Shown: piece after piece, positions 25,544 to 38,752 of the stretch | How positions within the stretch are numbered: position 1 is the first letter of the stretch | Layout: each line of letters opens with the position of its first letter | Source of the DNA: Octopus sinensis | Lineage: Eukaryota | Reading direction: 5' to 3' | Assembly: GCF_006345805.1 (NCBI RefSeq) | Contig: NC_043000.1 | Location: 28,706,001 to 28,770,000 of the forward strand | DNA length: 64,000 nucleotides | The notes under the pieces: model-generated | Told to the model about the DNA's origin: nothing | The model's input: only the letters and a program-made list of their open reading frames with translations | Databases searched by the model: none | Made by a program: the position numbers and the translations under genes

Positions 25544-26933
25544 ACTAATTGTTTTCGTTATATTTTATTTTATCTATATTAGAAGTAAATATTTTTACCA
25601 TAACGTTTAAACACATCAACTTATGAAGAATTTAATCGTGATAGACTTGTACTATAAATAGATATTTCAAATATACTTTTGAGACAGTTTATATATAGAA
25701 GGCAATGTCTCCAGACGTTCAGAGCCAAGCCCGACCAGGAAAGACTACAACTATTATTTATGGGATGTGGGTGGAGGTGAAGAAATAATGATAAAGAAAT
25801 GAATAAATAAATATACAATATAGATAGAGTAAAAATAGAGGATCGAAGAAGAACGTGACTAAAGGTTCATGTATCGAAAGTTCGAAGAGCAACAAGAGAT
25901 TCACAACAGACCCACACGTATTAGATTAGACAAAAATCCCCAATCACCATATATAACGATATACATTAAGCTGCTTAAATCAAAATTACAAATTACAAAA
26001 GGAAGCTTATGCAACTCGTCAGTCACTAAATTTTAATGAGTGCCGTGGAGCTGTGTGAGCCAAGTTGCAAAGGTGTGACGAAACATTTTTGTCATTTTAG
26101 GTTGAATAAAACAGACTGTGTTCTTACAGAGCTATTATTGCTCTTCCATGATGCAACCGTTTCCGTTCTCATAAAAAAGTCACCTACCACTCTAGTATGT
26201 CTCCGAGCTATATTCGCACGTATGCTGGAATATATAGGAATATATATCTAAGCATATACGTGTGTGTGTGTACTATTGGGTCTAGAAAATGGAGTAGTTA
26301 AAGAAGTACTACAAATGTTTCGAAGGAAAGCCGACCAGAAGTTATGAAAGTTTAGGTTATTACATATATATTCAGCTCCCTTTTCTTCAGATAGTTTTAC
26401 CTTTTATTTACAAAATGTATTGTCGGCATATAAGTATGCAATAACTTAAAGAAAAAAGCTCTGGACATATATGTAATAAACTAAGGTTACATAAATTCGG
26501 GTCGGCTTTCCTTGAAACCACATATAGTACGTATTTACCTACGCCAGTCCCTACACTCAATAATTCATAATCGTATAGTAATTATTGTTGTTAAACTTTG
26601 GAATTGTATAGAAGCGATCGTTTTATTGGAATCTCTATTGAATTTCCTATGGGACAACGTTATAATATATACTAATAAAACATTTTTAGTGATTATGTAT
26701 TATTTGCCTTGTGTTATCTATGCAACTCTTGCATATGTTAGAGGTAAACAAATTGCCAGCACCAAAATCCTGTTGGGTCACAATACTTCTACGCTATTAG
26801 TGTGTGTGTGTGCATGTGTGTGTGTATGTGCGTGTGTGTATGATGTGTGTGTATGTGTGTGATCTGTGCCTGTGTGTGTATGTAAGTATAACTTGTGCCT
26901 CTATGTGTGATCGTACGTGTGTGTGTCTATACA

Positions 26934-26983
<50 letters not shown>

Positions 26984-26988
<5 letters not shown>

Positions 26989-27488
26989 GGGAAACTACTA
27001 TGTGGACACCCTTATGCTAGAAATAGATCCGCTACGATCTCACCACTGAGAAATGATCTCAAGAAAAATTTAGCAAAACAACCAAAACGTAATCGAGCAA
27101 GACAAAAGAAAAAGTAATAAAAATATGGATTATTCGTATATATGTTTTACTATCAGCAAATTACATAATCTTACTTACCTAATTGTCCGTAGATCATCGG
27201 TACGACCATCCAGTTGAAATATAATTTGCAGGACTGCATACTAGGACGCCCGCACAAAGTCAGACTTGTAAAACAGTCCTACCCATTACACTCGTGGCTA
27301 CTATTCCAAATGTCCTCGTTTTGGCGCGCTAAATTTTCGGAAAAACTGATGCTGCAGATAATACTTTACTGCAGCGGCCTTTGCCGGTTAGAGAACTTAT
27401 TAATTTAATTTTGAATTTAAAATGAGGGTGAGAAATTAGATATTAATTTATTAACATCGATTTCACACCAGTGGTCTAGCATATATGA

Positions 27489-27572
<84 letters not shown>

Positions 27573-28074
27573 TAGAGGGAAACTACTATGTGGACACCCT
27601 TATGCTAGAAATAGATCCGCTACGATCTCACCACTGAGAAATGATCTCAAGAAAAAATTTAGCAAAACAACCAAAACGTAATCGAGCAAGACAAAAGAAA
27701 AAGTAATAAAAATATGGATTATTCGTATATATGTTTTACTATCAGCAAATTACATAATCTTACTTACCTAATTGTCCGTAGATCATCGGTACGACCATCC
27801 AGTTGAAATATAATTTGCAGGACTGCATACTAGGACGCCCGCACAAAGTCAGACTTGTAAAACAGTCCTACCCATTACACTCGTGGCTACTATTCCAAAT
27901 GTCCTCGTTTTGGCGCGCTAAATTTTCGGAAAACTGATGCTGCAGATAATACTTTACTGCAGCGGCCTTTGCGGTTAGAGAACTTATTAATTTAATTTTG
28001 AATTTAAAATGAGGGTGAGAAATTAGATATTAATTTATTAACATCGATTCACACCAGTGGTCTAGCATATATGA

Positions 28075-28130
<56 letters not shown>
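26984..28130. repeat. Near-identical tandem duplication, period 588 bp
   Basis: ttagagggaaactactatgtggacacc at 26984 and 27572. Confidence 0.95.
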
Positions 28131-28164
<34 letters not shown>

Positions 28165-29273
28165 AAAAATTATTTGCGAACATAATGTGGCAGTCCTTAT
28201 TAGGACGAACGTTACTGTCATTTAGCCTCAGGAAACATCGTCTGCAGTTAGCTGTCGACGCACTATCTGCGTCCTTATATTTTCAAACTAGGGAGTTTAG
28301 TGTCCCCACTCAGCTTGCGAAAGCTTGTGTAAGTATGTACATATATGATCTATAAAGTACTGTTTGTACTAGAATAAAATTGTAGAAGAGATAGAATAGG
28401 TAAACAGTAAACGGAAATGAGCAATATAGAAAACTCTTCCTCAGCAACGGGGTCCAGAATCAATGTAGTTTCTGCATGTTTATCCATCTTTAATAATTCT
28501 ACCCCTTAGAATGCACTACATATTTTAAATATTACTGAGGTAGTATTAATTAGTTTCTAGAATTGCATAAAAATCCCATAATGCTCAGCACACTTTATAG
28601 ATACATGTATACAACTTTGATAATATAGCATATTAAAGAAATAGCCAAACCTGTGATGAGCACGAATGTGGCTTATTCATTATGAAACACTTTCTCATTT
28701 AGAAGTATTAATAAATCAACGTAGATAATGTATGACAATTAGTAATCTTTGCCATTGATTCACTTTGAAGTAGGATAATACATACCCTTAGGAGTTTTGA
28801 TGAAGTTAATCACTTCATATTATAGAATTATCTCCAAATTCAATGGAATGTTACAATACTTTACACGTATTAGCAATTTCAAACCGCCTCAGCAAACTAA
28901 GTTTGAATATTAAGTTGATTGGTTTATTATCCATTTGCCTTAATGATGAGGTTACACATAAACGTAAGGAACATATTCGGATAAATATAGTGCAAGAGAT
29001 AATAAAAAGGGGAAATATATGAATTAATACACACAATGAATAGAGAGCGTGTTTGATGTGACTGACAATATTGCATTCGAGGTTTCCCCACCATATTTAG
29101 CCTCCATTTTATAGTCTTACAAGCCTCTTTGTCAGATTCGATTTGCTTATGTGTATATGCAGGTTTATATATATGTACATACATACATGTATGTTTTTGT
29201 GTATATATATATATATATATATATGTGGGTGTGTGTGTATGTTTGTATTTCTCTTTCTTTCCACATATGTATG

Positions 29274-29310
<37 letters not shown>

Positions 29311-29312
29311 AT

Positions 29313-29392
<80 letters not shown>

Positions 29393-29393
29393 C

Positions 29394-29455
<62 letters not shown>

Positions 29456-29659
29456 CATACATTCCCTTATTGGGGATTAATAATATTCTATCTTAGCTGT
29501 GTCAGTCTCATGCTACTCAGAATTTCACCTGTAGGTGCCTCTAGAGTTCTTAGGTAAGTTACGACATATATGCTTACATATATATATATACACACACATA
29601 TGTGTGGGTGTATGCATATATGCATGCAAATATGTAAGTATATATATACACATATATAT

Positions 29660-29728
<69 letters not shown>

Positions 29729-29822
29729 CATGCGCAGGAGTGGTCATAGGCTGTGCCTCGGAGGCTAACTTTCTAGTTGCAATCCCACAGTCATTCATGA
29801 GCGAAGGGGTCCACTCTGGTCA

Positions 29823-30165
29823 TAGACGCAGGTGTGGCTGTGTGGTAAAAAGCTTGCTTTCCATCCACATCGTTCCGGATTCAGTCCCCGCCGCGTGGCG
29901 CCTTGGACAAGTACCCTCTGCTATTGCCTCGTGCCGACCAACACCTTGTGAGTGGATTTGCTAGACGGAAACGGAAAGAAGCTCGTCGTACAACCGATGC
30001 TGGTGTGTTTCCGTTGCCGTAACTTAGCGGATCTGCAAATAGTACAGATAGAATTAATACTAGACTTACAACGAACAATTCCTGGGGTCGATTTGCTCGG
30101 CTAAAAGTGGTACCCCAGTATGGCCGCAGTCAAATGACTGCAACAAATAAATAAGAAAAGAAAAG
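29823..30165 (+). mobile_element. Family B SINE (internal microsatellite region deleted)
   Basis: Head gcaggtgtggctgtgtggtaa…, tail atggccgcagtcaaatgactg. Confidence 0.85.
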
Positions 30166-30181
30166 AATAATGTATATATAT

Positions 30182-30229
<48 letters not shown>

Positions 30230-30230
<1 letters not shown>

Positions 30231-30520
30231 TGTTGCTACCATTGGAACACAAGGTAACAAAAAAGCGGTTCCTTTTAATACCAACAAGAAACAATAATGG
30301 ACTTCTTCAATACACTCAACAGTAATATAGCCATTATACCAACTACCGACAAAACACCACCAGATGGATTCTATTGAGAACAGTAAGAAACGATTATGAA
30401 CTTTTCAATTTTCACTTTGTATAATATTTTTGATAAGGTTCGTTTTTTCAAGAACCGAAACATGTAAAATTCATAAGAAGATTAAAATTTATCTAATATA
30501 GTGGCGTTTTCAAACTTCTT
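30230..30520 (+). mobile_element. Short (TA)n-flanked element with a degenerate hammerhead (30426-30469)
   Basis: attt-TTGATAA-GGTTC…GAACC-GAAA-CATG-T-A-aaat. Confidence 0.65.
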
Positions 30521-30528
30521 TTTTACAA

Positions 30529-30569
<41 letters not shown>

Positions 30570-31029
30570 TCATATATGTATACATATATATATACATATG
30601 TATGTATGCAGGTATATAGTGTGTATATGTGTGTGTGTGATTTGTAATGTGTGTATTTTATCACTACTTTAGTTTCCTCTGAGTTTTACCCTTGCTCTAG
30701 CTGTTCACAGCTGTCATGAACAAATCGACCAGAAGGAAGAACTAGGGGTACAGTGTCACAATTGATATGACGGATATTTCCAACCATTTATCCTATATAA
30801 CCAGTTCTAAATCGGATGATATTTTTACAATGTGAAGTATTTTTTAATACTTTTGCAGCTCTTCCTAACAAATACGAATATATTTATTTGGCCACTTGAC
30901 ATCCTTAGTCTTATGGTCATTTCACAGTTTTCTTCGTGTAGCAATAATTCCAGTGCAGATTACAGTCATGCTTACGTTTGCATTAATATGCAAACTATGC
31001 ATGATGGAATAATCCTTTCTATTATAAGC

Positions 31030-31226
31030 ACAAGGCCTACAATTTTGGGAAGGGGATAGTCGATTACATCGACCCAAGTATTTAGCTGGTACTTAGTTTA
31101 TTGACCCCGGGAGTATAAAAGGTAATGGTGACTTCGGCGGAATTTGAACCCAGAACATAAAGATGGACGAAATGCTGCGAACCATTTTACCCGGAGTGCT
31201 AACGATTCTGCCAGCTCGCCGCCTTA
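31030..31226 (-). mobile_element. Family A SINE
   Basis: Ends gattctgccagctcgccgcc; tail variant cacaaggcc. Confidence 0.8.
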
Positions 31227-32428
31227 TGCATTATGCAATAATGCAATTTTATATTGACAGATCAATGAAGAAAGCTAGCTGATCAGAGTTGAACCGTTGG
31301 TGTGACCATGGTGTTCTGGTGGTCATATGACATTTCTTAATTTACATTGGTTTCTGAATATACACTTGAATTGAATGATACATAGAATGCATATTAATCC
31401 AAACATGTAAACATAATTTTATTCCTCATTGAAATTGTTACTATACAAAGAATGTTGCTAAACGGCCGTAATCCTAAGGATATCAGGTGGTTAAATTAAA
31501 ATATTCTACCTCGTACCTCCTAAAATTTTGTAGTTTATATATTCCTCATGAATTAATTTAATTGATCGAATATTCTGGATTTCACCTGCATGGACACTCT
31601 GCTTTAGATCTTCCTGTATTGGATTGCTATGTCAAAGGAGCTTCCTGTTGTAGCCACACGATTCTCTAAATTCACATCTTATACTAAAAACGTATATTTA
31701 ATAGTTAAATGTTTATAGATATTACATATGTACCTTTAGATAGCTAGATAGATAGATAGATACATACATACATACATACATACATACATACATACATACA
31801 TACATACATACATCATACATACATACATACATACATACATAGGCAGACATCTATATTTGTTTCAGTGCGTGTATTTTTATGTAGGCATGTGCATGCGTAT
31901 GTGAGTGTATGTGTCTATGTGTGTGTGTGTCTTTTGTTGAATTTCTTCCAATAGCATTTATTCTATTCTTTCATCTGTAACAAGGATTGATTATAGCCCC
32001 AAGTAATTTATAATAAGTTGTAGAGTACCCTCAGTAAAACAACTTCAAATTAAAATACTGTCTAGTTAACTCATGGATCATTCCTTCGTATTTTGCGTTA
32101 GCTAACTCACTATCTTCCCTGGTGGAGCTTTATATTCAACTCTCCATGACTTAACTGTTCATACAACAGTTTCACGAACGAGTTACCTTTCTTCACTAGC
32201 CGACGGATTGGATAGTCGTTAAAATATTATGATATGCTGTAAAGCTACCTTTAATAAAATATATATGCAAATGCTTATAGGGTCATAATTCTTTGCTTTT
32301 ATGTCAATTCATATAGAAACAGTTAGTGTATTAAATATGTACTCGACAACAAGTATTGAGCAACACTTAATTTATATGTAAGACTGGTTTAATCATAAGT
32401 CGACATAAAAACAAGCTTTGAAATACTG

Positions 32429-32491
<63 letters not shown>

Positions 32492-32741
32492 ATCTCTGTA
32501 TGTATGTATATATGTATATACATATATGTGTATGTGTATGTATATATATATATATATACACAGACACACAAAGCTTAATGCCTGCTTATATGTTTTAAAT
32601 AATTTCAGATTAAAGTGTAGAGTTATTCAGTACTTTTTGTCGAGTACATATTTATCATACTCTTTCTAGAATAGAGGTCACAATGACTTCGAAGTTCCAG
32701 TCTGTTTTATATGTGTGTGTATGTGTGTGTGTGTGTAATAT

Positions 32742-32825
<84 letters not shown>

Positions 32826-32826
<1 letters not shown>

Positions 32827-32884
32827 TTTGATAGGTTTCGGCCATTATTGGCCCAGGCCATGTCTAACTTAATAGCACCACCTG
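32826..32884 (-). mobile_element. 59-bp 3' tip of the same CR1 LINE as 11261-12097
   Basis: Exact reverse complement of 12039-12097, next to (TA)n. Confidence 0.92.
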
Positions 32885-32923
32885 TTTTTGCTAGCACAGT
32901 TTTTGCTAGAATTCTAGCAAAAA

Positions 32924-32961
32924 CTGTCTGATGAACGGCAACGAGAAACTCAGAGTAACAG
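32924..32961 (+). ncRNA. Minimal type I hammerhead ribozyme
   Basis: ctgt-CTGATGA-A-CG-GCAA-CG-A-GAAA-CTC-A-GAG-T-A-acag. Confidence 0.72.
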
Positions 32962-33084
32962 ATTTTGTTGAATTTTCTGCTGCTTAAAATAAAGCATATT
33001 ACTCTACCACTGGTATTTGAGTACTCTTTTTTCCACCTTGTTTCACATTTATGTGTTTACTCCGGTATATATATATATATATAT

Positions 33085-33260
33085 ATATACGACAGACTTC
33101 TTTCAGTTTCCGCCTACCAAATCCACTCACAAGGCTTTGGTCGGCCTGGACCTATAGTAGAAGAGTAGACGACACTTGCCGAAGGTGCCACGTAGTGGGG
33201 AGTGAACCCGGAACCATGTCGCTGGTAGGCAAGCTGCCTACTTCACAACCACTCCTGTAC
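33085..33260 (-). mobile_element. Family B SINE, 5' half
   Basis: Family similarity. Confidence 0.85.
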
Positions 33261-33264
33261 CTAC

Positions 33265-33356
<92 letters not shown>

Positions 33357-33405
33357 GTATATATATATTACGCATATATGTATATGTATATAAGTGTATG
33401 TATAT

Positions 33406-33469
<64 letters not shown>

Positions 33470-34429
33470 CATCATTTTATGTGTGTGTATGTGTTTGTGT
33501 GTGTGAGCATGCGCAATAAAAACTATGTTAATAAAAACTAAACTATTTGTTCAGAATGTCCAAGCAGGAAAACAGTGAACGCTGTAAAAGGAAATGTGAA
33601 TCAGATTATCATTAATTCTTAGTCGAAAGAAGAGATAATGGAGATGGTGCCAAGTATAATACCAATGTCGTGCAAATAGGAAAGCCACAGATAATTTCTT
33701 TGTCGACATTCTTTCAGTCGATATTGCCGAAAAGACAGCAAAATCAAGTGTTAACACTCTTTAGACAGTAAAGCATTCGATATCGCTGGTGAGGCGATAT
33801 TTACTCGCAAGCATAAGAAACATAATCTACTGCCATCTTAAATAAATAGGTTAATATTGGGAATGTTACCAAACATTGAAATTACAAGGAGGCACCGCAT
33901 TCAGATTGATTCATCGATGAAATAATGGCAACATTCCATCAAATAACTCTATTTTGCTGGGATCGTTACCATTCCAATGTCAATATGACATAGTCGGATG
34001 GAAAAACAATTCTTTTCGTTCTAGAAGAGATAAGACGTTTCAAGTGCCATGGTAAGCTAAAATGTTCAGCTACGATCATTAGTTTTGCGTTACCGAAAAC
34101 AAAAACAAGGAGATGCTAAGGATAATGTAGGAGTGTTTACACGGAATGAAAAACCAATCCATTCAAATGATGATTCTAATGTTAGCTTTCGAGTGAGGGA
34201 TAGAAAAATAAAAAAAACAGTTTTGCCTCTAAATACTTATGCTTGTAGTTTATATTGCAAGTAGCATTCCTGTTAAAAACAGGAAATAAGAGGAAAAAGT
34301 AATGATCCTTATCCCTTCAACTAATGGGATTTTTTTAAAGATTAAGGATTAGATAACCATTGTGTACATCGGTTAATATATCAGTGCCTTTATGTGTATG
34401 CGTATTTGTATTATGTATATATGTGAGTG

Positions 34430-34466
<37 letters not shown>

Positions 34467-34974
34467 CATACATACATATATGCATAAGAAACGTTGTAGC
34501 ATACATATAGTTTCTTATTTTGCTTTTTTTGTTGTTGTTGTCAAATATACTGCTGGATCGGACAGAGAATATTGTTCTCAAAGTGATGTCTTCATTGACT
34601 TGAAGCTTTAATTAGAAACCAAGGTTCATGGTGGATTTATTTGATCAATCTTCTTTACAGTCAAATAACCATGTAAAAAACGTATTAAGACAACGAGCAC
34701 GAGTATCTTACGATCAAATCAACTTGAGAGTTGTCTAAAGTGAAGACATTTACCTTTGCATCTCTCAGGTCACATAACTCTCAGAAATATAAACAACATG
34801 TTTGAGAATATCCCTTATAATAGACCGACAGGGTACACTCAGAAACACACAGGTAGGTTTTTCTCTCATCGGCACAACCCATCTAAATCATGAATTTCAA
34901 ATTCCAGCATTTAAGGTTTCTTTGTAGTTCCGACAAATATTTAAAACCCTTTTCCTAATTGATTACACTTACTC

Positions 34975-35352
34975 TCTCTTTTATTTGTTTCAGTCATTTG
35001 AATGTGCCCATGCTGGAGCACCACCTTTAGTCGAGGAAGTCGATCCCAGGACTTATTCTTTGTAAGCCTAGTACTTATTCTATCGGTCTCATTTGCCGAA
35101 CCGCTAAGTTACAGGGACGTAAACACACCAGCATCGGTTGTCAAGCGATGTTCGGGGGACAAACACAGACAGACAAACACACACATACGTATATATATAT
35201 ATATACATATATACGACGGGCTTCTTTCAGTTTCCGTCTACCAAATCCACTCGCAAGGCTTTGGTCGGCCTGAGGCTATAGTAGAAGACACTCGCCCAAG
35301 GTACCACGCGGTTGGTAAGCAAGCTACTTACCACACAGCCACCCCTGCGCCC
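34975..35352 (-). mobile_element. Family B SINE with a small deletion in the head
   Basis: Family similarity. Confidence 0.9.
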
Positions 35353-35509
35353 ATTAGATTACATCTAAAATAAGATTCTTTTTTCATTCAGCTTCGCTGA
35401 ATGAAGTTTTCGCCTTGAGAAATTGATGTCAGCTTATGGTGTCTAACAATCAGTCCCGTTGGTAACTTAATAGTGGTGTCCAAATCCCCTCTGATCATTT
35501 CCTCCTGAC

Positions 35510-35930
35510 TTCAAAATCAAACCATCTGTCTTACTCTATAACCAGCAAAAGGCGCTTTCTGTTGCCTCTCCCATCCCGTGAACGACCGACTTTATCTTTC
35601 TTATTCTTATGAATGATAAATATTCTCCATACTGACTGGGTAGAGAATCCAATGTAGCCAATCTCGAATGGGAGTAGCCATGACTACCATTCCGTCTTTC
35701 CGAAACACCGCAAAAGGTACTTGGTACTCCCCCATTCAAGTACTTCATGAAGATCTCAGCCTTCATCCCATGGGTCTGCAACATCGAACGAAACAGCATG
35801 TGCTTCCTTTTCCTGAACTGTAATGCTACAACGTCCACACGACATACGGTTCGATAACATAATACGTGATCCACAGTGCGATTGCTCGATCTTCTAAGAA
35901 TAACAGGCAAATCCCACCAAAAGTTCACAC
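35510..35930 (-). pseudogene. Degenerate restriction-like endonuclease C-terminus of an RLE-type (HERO-like) non-LTR retrotransposon
   Basis: Reverse frames give FDVADPWDE…W*SWLLPFEIGYIGFSTQSVWRIF…GMGEATESAFCWL, resembling the TVPWE…W…P.EVG.RGF…S.WR…EAAE.AS.WLW pattern. Confidence 0.6.
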
Positions 35931-36194
35931 CTAAACTCTACAATACAAGAAGGTATGTTACAGTGGATGATATAATCACTGAAACACTATTGTTGAAAAA
36001 TATGGGATGATTTTGCGTGTAAGAATTTTTATCAGTACTTTCCTCACATTGAGGACTAAGCTGAGGCTAAACAACAACAGCGACGCTAAATTTACAAAGT
36101 AGGCAAAACCAGTGACGTACAAGCCATTTGCAGATTTGTTCTGTGACTAAATTGTGTAACTGAAAATATTTCTTGTATTACCAGTACTTTTATT

Positions 36195-36560
36195 CACATG
36201 ATTATTATGGAGCAGAAAGTTGGACAATGTACAGAGCCACGGAAAAGATGATAGATGTCTTCGAGATGTGGATCTTTCGTAAATTGGACGGGTAACAAAT
36301 GATGCAATACTAGAAAGTCTGACAATCTAAAGACACATATTGCCGAGAATTAAGTCCATAGGTTGCTCTATGAATCATTGCTCAAGACCATCCTAGAAGG
36401 AGGTGTGGAGATGGAGAAATCAAGAGGCAGTGGGGATAATTGTGAACAGATGATATCAAATAATGGATTGGAAACAAACGTCTGGTTGGTTGTATGCATT
36501 CAGCAACACGGAAGGAACTGGAGAGTTTCGGTAAGTCGACTCTTGAACACAGGAGAGGTC
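36195..36560 (+). pseudogene. Degenerate RTE-clade RT C-terminal fragment
   Basis: YGAESWTM…IDVFEMWIFRKL…VTND…LLKTILEGGVE…SRG…GRNWR. Confidence 0.7.
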
Positions 36561-36714
36561 ACTTGGCTGGTTGAATATTTTTACGAAGCCACGCATTTTG
36601 AGAGAAATGCACACCATCTGATTCATCTTCAGTCTAAGCAGAATTTCATTTATTAGCCAGAAAATGGCAAAATAAAAAGTTTTTTGCGTCTTTTATTATT
36701 TCTTTTATTCTTTT

Positions 36715-37230
36715 TCTCTTTTATTTGTTTCAGTCATTTGACTGTGGCCATGCTGCAGCACCGTCTTTAGTCAAGCAAATCGACCCCAGGACTTATTCTT
36801 TGTAAGCCTAGTACATATTCTATCGGTCTTTCTTGCCGAACCGCTAAGTGACGGGAACATAAATACACCAGCATCGGTTCTCAAGCGATATTGGGGGGAC
36901 AAATACAGACATACAAAAGTATACACACACACATGCATATATATATATATATATATATATTTCGTTTTTTGATTTGGTTTGCAAGATTCTTTATATGAGT
37001 TCGTGTGTTGAAGCATATTGTTATAAGACTCTCCCCAGAAACAACAGTATATACATGTATATATACATATATACGACGGGCTTCTTTCACATTCCGTCTA
37101 CCAAATCCACTCACAAGGCTTTGGTCAGCCCGAGGCTACAGTAGAGGACACTTCCCCAAGCTGCCACGCAGTGGGACTGAATCCGGAACCATGTGATTCG
37201 TAAGCAAGCTACTTAATTCACAGCCACTCA
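36715..37230 (-). mobile_element. Family B SINE with a ~87-bp nested insertion (36961-37047) in its internal (TA)n
   Basis: Family similarity on both sides of the unrelated insert. Confidence 0.88.
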
Positions 37231-37637
37231 TTCTAAATTAAAATAAAACTAAATATCACAAGACTTTATGCGCTGCAGCAAATTTTGGCATTCTACATCG
37301 TTATGAAGTTTTATTTATATCATAAGAATTTTGTCAATTAGAAAGAAGTGAAAGCTAACACTACACAATATCAAAACTTAATTATATGATCTCATGATAT
37401 CGGTTTGCTTTCAGATCAATATAATCTATAAAATACTTGAACAGCCTCATCATATTCACACTAATGGAACTATTTTAAATGGATATCAATAATTATTTCA
37501 TTTTTATTTTTAAATTTCTGTCCAAAACCAAAATATTTATAAGATGCGAAAAATTGAATTTAAGCAGAATCCAACTTCAGAAATTTAATCACATATGTAT
37601 AAATATTTACTAGCAAAATGTACGTGTGTGCGTGCGT

Positions 37638-37677
<40 letters not shown>

Positions 37678-37815
37678 ATGTGTGTGTGTGTGTGTGTGTG
37701 TGCATATGTGTGTGTAATTGTATAGATTTAGAATACATAAAATGCATATGAATATATATATATATATGGATATATATATATATATCCATATAATATATAT
37801 GGAGATATATATATA

Positions 37816-37879
<64 letters not shown>

Positions 37880-38356
37880 TATATTTATATAATGGGTTGA
37901 CTTGAACGTTTTGCAATATTTTGGTAGCTTATTTCTTTTATTCATTAAGTTGCTACAAAAGTAGCCTAGAATTCAAAGTGGCGGCCATCGTGTTGCACTG
38001 TCTGAAGCCAACTTTCTGCCAGTCCTTTGATCCAACACTAAAGCAAATTCTTGTCACTGAAGCTCCCACCACCTCTTGGTTGATTAAGTATGCAGTAGCG
38101 AAGGCTATGAACCCAACAGACAGAGAACTCTAACAGAGAGCCTAATGTATATTTCTCAGTGATTCTGTGGTAAAAATTTGCATCAGGTTTCTGCTATCAG
38201 AGTTTCCCCGTAACTGTGGTTAGTCCTACACAGACCTTTAAATAAAAGAAAATATGTAGGGGTTGCCTAACAGCTGTATAGAGCTGTTGGCCTTTCATAC
38301 GTCGAAGCCGACAGAAGAATACACTGTATACATATATACATACATACACTCACACA

Positions 38357-38445
<89 letters not shown>

Positions 38446-38718
38446 TGAGAGAGAGACATATAAAAGGGATGTATGTAACGTAATTTTTTCTGAAACTTCA
38501 GATTTTTAAATATGCTAGACCACTGGTTTTAAATTGATATTAATCAAATTAATATTCAATTTTTCACCCTTATTTTAAATATGTATATATATATTCATAT
38601 TCATATTTAGCAGAAGCAACTGAGTGACACAAGGGCCGAAAGTTTCGTTACTTGGCGTATACATACAACCACACACACATACATATAAATATATAATATA
38701 TATATAAAATATATATAT

Positions 38719-38752
<34 letters not shown>

